A DNA stretch of 64,000 bases from Methanothrix sp. (GTDB lineage: Archaea; Halobacteriota; Methanosarcinia; Methanotrichales; Methanotrichaceae): assembly GCA_963682135.1 (NCBI GenBank), contig OY821645.1, positions 1,792,001-1,856,000 of the forward strand, written 5' to 3'. Every line of letters begins with the position of its first letter. Within the stretch, counting starts at the first letter, position 1. A program made the position numbers and the translations under genes. The notes beneath the pieces were generated by a model. That model saw only the letters and a list, made by a program, of their open reading frames with translations, was not told where the DNA came from and did not search any database. This document shows, piece after piece, positions 48,896 through 57,702 of the stretch.

Positions 48896-49647
48896 GATTG
48901 ACCGTCTCTAGGCTTTCTGCACACGCACATGACGCTTACACCAAACGGCAGATCAAACCATCCTAAGATGCTATTCTCTGCCCACAACAATCCCCTCAAT
49001 ATTCTATTTATCGGGGCAGGCAATTCTGCTAAATCCGTTTGCTTATTTCTCTGGGAACTGGTGGCTCTTTTCAGCATACGCATAGCTGCCACGGGCCAAA
49101 ATAGGAAAAAGTTCCAGTAGGTGGCTCTTTCAACAATAAAACCTCCTAAACCGAGAATATCACAAAGCTCCGATCGCGTATACCTTCTTTTATGATGCAC
49201 TGCCAGATCATGATTGCTCCAGAGAAACTGAAAGGCAGGAACAGTCACAATCAGGCTTCCCCCAGGCCTTAATACGCGATTTAGCTCACGAATGGCGGGG
49301 AGATCTTCTTGAATATGTTCTATAACATCTAGAGCCACTACCAGGTCAAAGAACTCGTTTTTTAAGGGCAACCTATCCACAGAACCGCAAATGAGCAAAG
49401 ATAACCCTCGAATGCGGCTGAATTCTAAAGCCTCTTTTGAGATATCCAAACCATATGCATCGCCATAATCCAGAAGATATCTCAGATTAATACCAGTTCC
49501 ACAGCCTGCATCTAAAATATTCATGGATTTGTCGGGATATTTCTTATGAATCTGGGCAACAGCCTTTAGAATCAACCTTCTGCGCCCTGAATACCACCAG
49601 TTGGTCTCCTCCAATTGATACATTTTGTCGTATTCAGAGGAGTCCAT
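48892..49647 (-). CDS. Class I SAM-dependent methyltransferase
   Basis: E.TNWWY.GRR, ILDAGCGTG, LDVIEH and VPAFQFLWSNHD..HHKRRY. Confidence 0.9.
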   Translation of the reverse strand: MDSSEYDKMYQLEETNWWYSGRRRLILKAVAQIHKKYPDKSMNILDAGCGTGINLRYLLDYGDAYGLDISKEALEFSRIRGLSLLICGSVDRLPLKNEFFDLVVALDVIEHIQEDLPAIRELNRVLRPGGSLIVTVPAFQFLWSNHDLAVHHKRRYTRSELCDILGLGGFIVERATYWNFFLFWPVAAMRMLKRATSSQRNKQTDLAELPAPINRILRGLLWAENSILGWFDLPFGVSVMCVCRKPRDGQS

Positions 49648-49666
49648 TTATTTTGCCTCCATTGAG

Positions 49667-50414
49667 TCAGCGGCCATTTCCCCGAAGGTCCCACCAGAGC
49701 CGCAAAATCTGCTGCCCCATATCATTAGCATCCTTAACAATATTGACCTTAGTGGACGCCGACTCCTTCCACTCAACGGGTATTTCTTTAATTCTATATC
49801 CTCGCCTTTGCCCCCTCACGAGGAGCTCTGTATCCCAAAACCAATGATTATCTTTAATATCATCCAATAAGCAGGTGATTTTATCCCGTTTAAATGCTTT
49901 GAAGCCGCATTGATGGTCTAAGACCTTGGAACCGAGAAGGTGCCGGACCATTCTATTATAAACCGTGCTTGCCAACAGGCGCTTTGTATTCCTTTTTGCC
50001 TTGCTCGCCGCCATCATCCTTGATCCAATTGCAATGTCGTATCCTTCCTTCGCCACGGCATTTATAATATCCGGCAAATAGGTCATATCTGTTGCTAGAT
50101 CTGCATCAATATAACAAACAACATCGCCTAAACAGGACTTGATAGCCAAATTTAGAGCTTTGCCGCGTCCCAGTCTCTGGCGAGAGCTTAAAAGATGTAT
50201 ATCGGAATTTTCGCGGGCCATATCAAGGGCAAGATCTCGGGTCCTATCATTGCTTCCATCTTCCGCGACAATTATCTCACCCGGAATGTTTGAATTGGCG
50301 AGAGTACTTTGTGTTATGAGAACCGCACGTTTTATTCTGGATTCCTCATTGTATGCAGGAATAACAACAGAGACAATATATTTCGGTGCCGTTCCAACTC
50401 ACATCCCGCTTCAT
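49667..50414 (-). pseudogene. Polyprenol-phosphate hexosyltransferase (DPG-synthase/AglD-like GT2) lacking an in-frame start
   Basis: Frame extends upstream of 50221 through VSVVIPAYNEE...EDGSND to an in-frame TGA with no ATG/GTG/TTG; the nearest ATG (50414) is 1 nt out of frame. IDADLATD, DHQCGFKAF and WFWDTELL are intact. Confidence 0.7.
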
Positions 50415-50438
50415 GCAGGCTTTTCCTTGCCGTATCGA

Positions 50439-50454
50439 TATATAAAGCTTTTTC
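50439..50454 (-). promoter_or_regulatory. BRE-TATA promoter for the GT2-methyltransferase-EamA operon
   Basis: Minus strand GAAAAAGC-TTTATATA, ~25 nt upstream of ATG 50414. Confidence 0.6.
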
Positions 50455-50534
50455 AGGGGGAGATATCGGATAATGAAAAAAATACTAGCAAGCCTGAGGA
50501 TATCTCTCCTCATGCCTGCTTTCCTAAGGTCAAC

Positions 50535-53500
50535 TCAGCCTTCTGTCGAATTTGCAGCCACCTCCACCAGCGTCACCGCCTCGACTGGGCCTTCAGTGTT
50601 TCTAGAAAATTCCCCGGCAGAGGACGAGGGTGCAGACGTAGCATACACCTTGCGCCATATTGCCGAGTCACCCCCCTGCACATAGGCATAGGTCAGGCCA
50701 TCCAGCAATGCCTGCGGCGACCCGATAATGCTTCCACCATGGCCGATCCAGAGAGCACCGGACGGATTCCAGGGATTGCCGGAAAAGACGTTCTCCCACA
50801 TTGCGCCATCATTGCCCCGAGCAAAGGCATGAACCCTGCCGGAGGTATCTGTAGAGGCAAAGGGATCGGAAGTGATGCCTCCGCCAAAGCTTATCTGGGT
50901 ACAGGTCTCAGAATTGCTCAGGCTGTTGACATTTGCCATCCAGAGTGCATTGTCCGTTCCGCGGTAGACCGCTAACAGGTTACCACTGGTGCCTGGATTT
51001 AAAGCGGCGAAAGGCGCTCCTTGAATGGAGCCGCCAAGGCCATACCAGTTGCGGACATATACTCCGGAGGTGAGAATGCCTCGGTTATCCCATAGAGCAT
51101 TGTCGCCACCAACTGCAAAGACATGCATACGGCTGTTTGAATCGAAGATCACAAATGGCCTGCTGTTTAGAGATCCGCCCAGGCCATACCAATTATATGA
51201 CGACAGATCATTGACATTAAATTCGCAGAGCCAGAGTGAATTATCGCCGCCTCTGGCGACTATCTCCATGACGTTTCCATAGGTTGGCTCCATGGCAGCG
51301 GTCGCCTGAGTGCTGAGAATTCCGCCGAGTCCCTTCCAGCCGCCTGTCCAGCTTGCCGTATCAAAGACATAATCCCAGAGCCCATTGTCTCCACCGCGAG
51401 CAACAATGTGTATCCGGCCGTTTTTGTCCCTGGCAGCATAAGGCGCTGAGGTCAGAACTCCACCAAGGCCAACCCAGGATCCGTCCACATTGTCCCAGAG
51501 AGCATTGTCCCCACCTATGACGAATAGGTGCCTTCTGCCCTGATTGTCGATTATGGCAGTGTGCTCATATTTCTTGTATCCGCCGAGGGAGGTCCAGGTC
51601 TGTGGCACAGAGGGGTTCTTTATGGAGACAGATGGATCGCCGTAAACGTTGAACACATAGTAGTTCATCAGACATGCACTGCTAGGGGGAGACATGCTCG
51701 ACTTCATCAGGTGCAGAGCATCTGCGGCAGGCTGCTGCGATACCAGTCTCTTCACATATTCATAAACCATTCCAGCATTGGTAGCGGTCATGGCGAAGCT
51801 GGTCTGGCCGGTATAGTACCACGATACCCTGGTTGCGGAGACGGTAGCAATACCGCCTTTCTTGAGGATGGCATATTGCAAGTTCCCTGAATCTTCTGGA
51901 TAGCCGTTCAAACAGGAGCACTGATAGGTGAAAGAAGGATGAGTATCGTCAAGGCTGGGTGCATAGCTGCTGAGCATGAATGAACCGTCAACACAAGAGC
52001 CATAACCCACATTGGCACTTTGGGAACTGCCATGCCCCCACCAACTGACTATACCAAAGTCGCTGCCTGCCCAACGATTGGGAACAACGCTGCCCCCTCT
52101 CAGGTCCTCCTCACTGGCAAATATCGAATCCAATGTGCATGACCCGGAAGCGCCTTGCTGGTACATTCTCCAGGTAGAGTAGCTATTGGAGGACAGATAG
52201 TTGTTCTTCATCTGTTCGCCCAGGTAAGCTCCGTCCGTGCTGGCATCAGAAAAACTCATAGGCAGAAGAGCGCTCTTCCTCCAGGCAGTGCTGCCGGACG
52301 TCTCGTAATCAATCGTCTTTTGCAGGATGCTATCTAATGCGGCATAATTTGCGCTGTAGACAGGAATTCTTCCCACATAGACCTCCGAAGAAAAGTCCAC
52401 GCCACCAGACGTTGTGAAGTCAGACCATTCGCCATAAAGGCCATCTCCATTGATGTCCCAGTTGCCGGTCAGATCGGCATAAAATGCATCTGTGGGTGCA
52501 TTCTCATAACCATCACCGGCGCCGTAGCGCGGCCAGCACATTTTCATGGGAATATCGCCTTCCCCTGACTCATAGGGAGCTGGATTTCCTATCAATAGTA
52601 CGTATTTGATGCCAAGGGATACATAGTTATTCTTCAGCCATTGCCTGATCTTCTCTGCTTTTTGGTTTGGAGATGGCCCGACCAGCCCACCAAAATCAGT
52701 CTCCGTCACTACACTGACCGTATACCCGAGAGATTGCTTGTGAGCAATAAACGCATTCAGCTTGCTGCTTGCAGATCTGATAGCATTTGTTGTAATAATG
52801 ACGTAGCGGCCTGTTGCGCTGGTCTCTGGGCCGGCAGCGATCTGTGCACCATACGAATCCTTCAATTCCTTATAGTTGATGAACATGCCATGTGCCAGGC
52901 TATCCATCACAGTATCTTTTAAAAGATTTGATTCATCTGCACTGATTGCAGGCAGCAGGTCGTAGGAAATCTTCACAGTTACATTCTCTATAAGGATTAA
53001 AGTCTTCTGCACGGGATTGTACTTGAAGGGTATGAACTGCACCGGGACGAATATCCATTTTCTCATCTGCGAGTAGGGCAATAGCTGAACATTATTCTGC
53101 GGATATGCTGAGTCGTTCAGATAGACCGCACTTTTTATGATCTCAATTGGCTCATCTGAAGCAGCGAAATCATATGTCCCGTTGTCTGATAAGACCCTGG
53201 GCTCTGGCGCGGGCCGGATATTGTAGGTTCCATCGAGAAGCGTTGTCTCTTCAGAGATTGCCTCCAATTTGATGCTGGAAGGATCAACATTCGGCGGGAG
53301 AAGAACATCCACTTTGCCACTGGGCAGCATTGGCTCTCCCGTAATATATTTAATCGAAAAGTCATTCATATCAATGCCGTCATAACCATCAGAATCCTTT
53401 GTAATAGTGAACCTATTTGATTTGAGTTGAACCATAATTTCGTTTGCGGCCCCTCCAACTACTTTCCCAATTTTAATATCATCTGCGGGAATAGGCTGCA

Positions 53501-53714
53501 GTCCAAGTGCCTCCTGTTCGCCGAGATCCTGGTTTGCGCTTGCATTTACATCACTTGCAGTAACGAAAGGCAATAATAGAGGGCCAGGCGAGGAAAGCGG
53601 TCCTGAATTTACAGCTATTTCTTCGCATGATGCACAGAATATAAACGAAATAAATAATAAAATTACCATAGACCATACATTTTCTCGTAGCAAAGAGATC
53701 ACTCCACCAATCAT
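50535..53714 (-). CDS. Secreted C25 (gingipain-like) cysteine peptidase with propeptide and C-terminal 7-blade lectin-like propeller
   Basis: GEPMLP propeptide; YVIIT, YVLLIG, TDAFYADL, YVGRIP, WWGHGS (His), QCSCLNG (Cys) and YGDP; seven GxDxx(L/M/I)W blades. Confidence 0.88.
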   Translation of the reverse strand: MIGGVISLLRENVWSMVILLFISFIFCASCEEIAVNSGPLSSPGPLLLPFVTASDVNASANQDLGEQEALGLQPIPADDIKIGKVVGGAANEIMVQLKSNRFTITKDSDGYDGIDMNDFSIKYITGEPMLPSGKVDVLLPPNVDPSSIKLEAISEETTLLDGTYNIRPAPEPRVLSDNGTYDFAASDEPIEIIKSAVYLNDSAYPQNNVQLLPYSQMRKWIFVPVQFIPFKYNPVQKTLILIENVTVKISYDLLPAISADESNLLKDTVMDSLAHGMFINYKELKDSYGAQIAAGPETSATGRYVIITTNAIRSASSKLNAFIAHKQSLGYTVSVVTETDFGGLVGPSPNQKAEKIRQWLKNNYVSLGIKYVLLIGNPAPYESGEGDIPMKMCWPRYGAGDGYENAPTDAFYADLTGNWDINGDGLYGEWSDFTTSGGVDFSSEVYVGRIPVYSANYAALDSILQKTIDYETSGSTAWRKSALLPMSFSDASTDGAYLGEQMKNNYLSSNSYSTWRMYQQGASGSCTLDSIFASEEDLRGGSVVPNRWAGSDFGIVSWWGHGSSQSANVGYGSCVDGSFMLSSYAPSLDDTHPSFTYQCSCLNGYPEDSGNLQYAILKKGGIATVSATRVSWYYTGQTSFAMTATNAGMVYEYVKRLVSQQPAADALHLMKSSMSPPSSACLMNYYVFNVYGDPSVSIKNPSVPQTWTSLGGYKKYEHTAIIDNQGRRHLFVIGGDNALWDNVDGSWVGLGGVLTSAPYAARDKNGRIHIVARGGDNGLWDYVFDTASWTGGWKGLGGILSTQATAAMEPTYGNVMEIVARGGDNSLWLCEFNVNDLSSYNWYGLGGSLNSRPFVIFDSNSRMHVFAVGGDNALWDNRGILTSGVYVRNWYGLGGSIQGAPFAALNPGTSGNLLAVYRGTDNALWMANVNSLSNSETCTQISFGGGITSDPFASTDTSGRVHAFARGNDGAMWENVFSGNPWNPSGALWIGHGGSIIGSPQALLDGLTYAYVQGGDSAIWRKVYATSAPSSSAGEFSRNTEGPVEAVTLVEVAANSTEG

Positions 53715-54070
53715 ACTAAATACTTTTAAACTATTAATCCTGGCGCTCCAATTTTTGAGATCAGGCTGTATTGGTCAATGATAGCTATATTGAGCACATT
53801 CACCTCATCGACGACCGAGTCCATAAAGAATTTACATATTTAATTATTTTTTAAATAATGTTCTTATTCCCTGAATCATTTGGGTGACTCATGATTTCCA
53901 CCAAGAGTATTCCCGTCAAGAGACAATAACCGATTGCATGAACCATTCAATCATTGGATGGCAATTCGTCAGCTAAGATATAATGCCACCTGTTACTCGA
54001 ATCAGTCTACAATATTTTCTTACAAAGTTATATATACTTTTACATTCGATGGAAGCAAAAGTGAATATTA

Positions 54071-55597
54071 ATGAGAAGCATAAATAGTAAAGTATTATCA
54101 ATATGTTTTATATATCTATTTATAATTGATTCCGCCTGTGCCATTGGAATGAGCATTTCATCAGGAGATGAAAGAGGCAACGTGGCAATTTTCGATAGCT
54201 ATAAACTATCGACCGATACCGCTCTGAAATCGGAATCGACACTTGATGGACATAATATCTATCAAGATCGCCTTCTCTATGGAGACGGCAATAATTATCT
54301 CGTCCATTGCGTTGAAGGAAATGGATATAATTCGAAAAACGTTGTTGAGAGTTCTGGACCACTGCGCATTTCCACATCATCGGCTGCCTCACCCCAGTCT
54401 GCATCGATATCCCAAGCAGTGATGGGCACAGGCAATATTTTTGCAGAATTAGAGGGAACTCAAGGGACCAATTTTGTGGAGCAGAAGACAACTGTGATAG
54501 ATGGAGGCCTGTCATTATCCCAGAGTCTCGCAGCCGGCAGCCTCCTTTCAGCAAGCCAGGAAACAAAGATGAGCGGTACATCTTGTTACCTGGAAGCCAA
54601 TTCGCAATCCCGTGAAAATGCAATGTTGGTAAATGGGATCTTTTACGAAGTAGGGGACATAGCGGCGGATCTGACTGCAGCATCCCAAGGAAAAGCCTGG
54701 ACAATGGGAGATATATCCGCATACGGGGATAGTTGCCTGGATAAGGATACATTGAGATTGATAGGCTCGAAGAACATGGGTCTTTCCTTCGATTCCAGCT
54801 ATATTAAAGACTGCGAAAATGTCGATTCAGCCCCTATATTCAAGGGATCTGTGCAGACCAATGCAGTTAACATGGATCGTGACGTGTTTGATAGCGCCTC
54901 CCAAGCCAACCAGGCCCAAGCATCCACCGAGTCTGCATTGCAGTCTCAGACCTACGGTGGCCGGGTGGGCAACTTTTGGGGATGGCTCTCCCTTGGCAAT
55001 AGCTACGATGGAGGAATCTATGGACCTGCCAGGAGATGGAACCAGGCAAACCCAAGCATTCAATTGTATCTTCTTACTGACGCCAACTACAATGCAGAGG
55101 GCCTGAACACTAACAATGTCTGCGCGGCGATTCAAACAGCTGCGAACATATGGGACGGCGCAACTTACCAGAGACTCTTCGCAAGCACAGTATTGCCCAG
55201 CAGCATCGTTTCCCGCGATGTACAAGACGGGAAATCCGTTCATTCCTGGGAAAATATCGGAGCCTATAATGGGGTTTATTCCCCAGGTCACGCTCACACC
55301 TGGTACACCACCAGCAGTCAAGAGGATGGCTTTTACCAGATAACCGACTCCGATGTTGATTACAATACCTACTATAGCTGGAATACGAATGGCATTAGCG
55401 GTGGAACAAATTACGATATAGAGACCATTGCCGTCCACGAGCTTGGCCATACCCTGGGCCTGGCGGACCTCTATAACAAGGATAACGCCCCCCTCTACAA
55501 GGCACAGGTTCAGCAGATAATGAACCGCCAGTACAATCATCCTTTGTGGCTGGGAAATGGAGATCGCCAGGCCATTTGGGCTATGTATGGACGGTGA
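54071..55597 (+). CDS. Secreted metzincin (matrixin/M10-like) metalloprotease with beta-rich N-terminal domain
   Basis: Signal peptide; YDIETIAVHELGHTLGLADLY; Met-turn QIMN; LGNGD. Confidence 0.85.
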   Translation: MRSINSKVLSICFIYLFIIDSACAIGMSISSGDERGNVAIFDSYKLSTDTALKSESTLDGHNIYQDRLLYGDGNNYLVHCVEGNGYNSKNVVESSGPLRISTSSAASPQSASISQAVMGTGNIFAELEGTQGTNFVEQKTTVIDGGLSLSQSLAAGSLLSASQETKMSGTSCYLEANSQSRENAMLVNGIFYEVGDIAADLTAASQGKAWTMGDISAYGDSCLDKDTLRLIGSKNMGLSFDSSYIKDCENVDSAPIFKGSVQTNAVNMDRDVFDSASQANQAQASTESALQSQTYGGRVGNFWGWLSLGNSYDGGIYGPARRWNQANPSIQLYLLTDANYNAEGLNTNNVCAAIQTAANIWDGATYQRLFASTVLPSSIVSRDVQDGKSVHSWENIGAYNGVYSPGHAHTWYTTSSQEDGFYQITDSDVDYNTYYSWNTNGISGGTNYDIETIAVHELGHTLGLADLYNKDNAPLYKAQVQQIMNRQYNHPLWLGNGDRQAIWAMYGR

Positions 55598-55602
55598 GAC
55601 AA

Positions 55603-57627
55603 ATGCAAACATCAATATATAAAGTAGTTATCGCACTTATTTTCATTCTTAACATAATGAGCCTGCCGGCATTCTCTGTAACCGTATCCATGAGCTCAAA
55701 TAATGCAAATGCCGAAGTCTCCCTAATCCAAAGATATGATATCGATAAGTCAACCGATCTTAGAGTCCGGACGGGCCTTGGAGAAGGCACCATCATGCAG
55801 ACTCAGTGGGCATGCGGTCAAGGCAATAACAAAATCAGCCAATCTTTGAGCAACGGGTATCAAAGTGCGTACAGCGCAATCTATTCAGACGGCTACTTCG
55901 GCCTGAACTCCAACACTCTGGCCACAGGAACGAACTTGGACTTGAGAGCAAACTTAGGTGCATCTGGTGAAACCAGAAGTCTGCTTTCCGGATCGACAGG
56001 ATCTTCCTTTGCTACCCAGGAGGCCTGGACATTAGGCGGCAGCCAGACCTCAAATCAAGCCCTAATTGTACAAGGTGACATAGTTAGAGCCGATCAGAGT
56101 ACCGGTATCATGGGCGCCCTTGGATATTCATTGGGCCGGTCTGGGTTAAAAGATAAAGAGGTGGAGGTTACAGGAGGACTTAACGGCCAGGGCATAGTGT
56201 TCAGCCAGATGACCGCCGTTGCCTCAGATGAGGCCAGCGCGTCAGGAGAGATCAGAAGCATCAGCCAGGACAGCAAGTCCTACTCAACTATAAAAGCCAC
56301 TTCTGCCCAAGAGGAGACCTATTCCTATCTCTCCTCTCGCGATGGTCTGCACTCTACTCTTACAGCCAACGCCAATGAACACGCAGGAGTACAGCAAAAT
56401 ATAGCGGCGGTTAGTGGCATCATGGCTTATGCCAGTGCAAGAGAGGGCACCGATTTCCTCAGTTTTGCGGAAGAAGGGAGCATCGCATCCGGCAGCATAA
56501 TCGCTTCGACAGACGGGCGTCCCTGCATTAATAAAGAGCTCACAGGAGACACACAGAGCACAGTACTGCAAGCCGCACCTCTCGCTGGAGCTGAACTCTT
56601 TGCCCTGCCTCTGCCCAGCTCAACCAGACCGTCATCCATAATTGATAACAGTAATATCGAACACATATTTGTTCGAGGAGGAGATGGCTCACTTTGGGAC
56701 AACAAGGGCGGAGACTGGTACTCATTGGGAGGATATTTCAACCTCAATCCATCGGCAGTCAAGGATGGCAATGGCAACATCCATATTTTTGTGCAGGGCG
56801 GCGATCTCGGCCTCTGGGACAGAAAGCTCACAAGCACTATGGGCGGGGATTGGACCGGCCTCGGAGGACAAATAACATCATCTCCCAGTGCCGTAATAGA
56901 GCCTGCATATCCCTCTTGGATTGCAATCGCGGTGAAGGGAACCGATAATTCTCTCTGGATACGAAACCTCTATACCACGACAATGACATCCGGCTCTTGG
57001 AGCAACATGGGCGGATACATAAAGGGAGATCCATTCTTGGTTGCTTCAAATGATGGTTCCAACTATGTGTATGCCCTTGCAAGGGGAGGCGATGATGGAT
57101 TATGGATCAACAAAGCGCAATCCGGACCAACGACCGCTAGCTCAGTAGAGTGGTATGGATTCGGCAACAGCCTCGCCTCAGACCTGAGCGGCGCGATTGA
57201 GCCGGTCTCAAACGGCTTTCTTAAGGTGGCCGGTCGGGGTTCGGACAACGGCCTCTGGATGTGTGACATCGATTTAGTTGCCTCCCCCAGCGGTGAAATT
57301 GAATATGCTTGGAGCTCATTAGGCGGAATCATAACCTCAAACCCTTATGTTGCATTCGATACTAGCGGCAATATCCACACCTTCGCTCGCGGCAGTGACA
57401 ATGGACTCTGGGATAACAAGGGTATCTGGGGAAGCGGCGTGTATGAGCATAATTGGTATTCATTGGGAGGTGTAATTGCCTCAGATCCAAAGCCCTTAAT
57501 GAATCAGAATACGGATAAGATAGATATAGCTGTCCAGGGAGGAGACGGAGCACTATGGATTAACAGGATGCAACCGAATAACCCAGCTAATTCCAATTGG
57601 TATGGTCTCGGTGGTTGGATCACCTAA
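55603..57627 (+). CDS. Secreted protein: beta-rich N-terminal domain plus 7-blade lectin-like propeller
   Basis: Signal peptide from MQTSIY; N-domain aligns by eye with that of 54071; seven GxDxxLW blades. Confidence 0.82.
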   Translation: MQTSIYKVVIALIFILNIMSLPAFSVTVSMSSNNANAEVSLIQRYDIDKSTDLRVRTGLGEGTIMQTQWACGQGNNKISQSLSNGYQSAYSAIYSDGYFGLNSNTLATGTNLDLRANLGASGETRSLLSGSTGSSFATQEAWTLGGSQTSNQALIVQGDIVRADQSTGIMGALGYSLGRSGLKDKEVEVTGGLNGQGIVFSQMTAVASDEASASGEIRSISQDSKSYSTIKATSAQEETYSYLSSRDGLHSTLTANANEHAGVQQNIAAVSGIMAYASAREGTDFLSFAEEGSIASGSIIASTDGRPCINKELTGDTQSTVLQAAPLAGAELFALPLPSSTRPSSIIDNSNIEHIFVRGGDGSLWDNKGGDWYSLGGYFNLNPSAVKDGNGNIHIFVQGGDLGLWDRKLTSTMGGDWTGLGGQITSSPSAVIEPAYPSWIAIAVKGTDNSLWIRNLYTTTMTSGSWSNMGGYIKGDPFLVASNDGSNYVYALARGGDDGLWINKAQSGPTTASSVEWYGFGNSLASDLSGAIEPVSNGFLKVAGRGSDNGLWMCDIDLVASPSGEIEYAWSSLGGIITSNPYVAFDTSGNIHTFARGSDNGLWDNKGIWGSGVYEHNWYSLGGVIASDPKPLMNQNTDKIDIAVQGGDGALWINRMQPNNPANSNWYGLGGWIT

Positions 57628-57702
57628 TCATGAGTCGAATGATGCTCGAAAAATAAAATAGATTGATTATTGAAATCATCGTCATTGATAATTTCAATAA
57701 TC

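Noticed and set aside
50399-50410. TCACATCCCGCT similar to the IS1634 terminus
   Set aside because: Lacks the terminal CCC and any partner; lies in the GT2 5' region and is probably coincidental.
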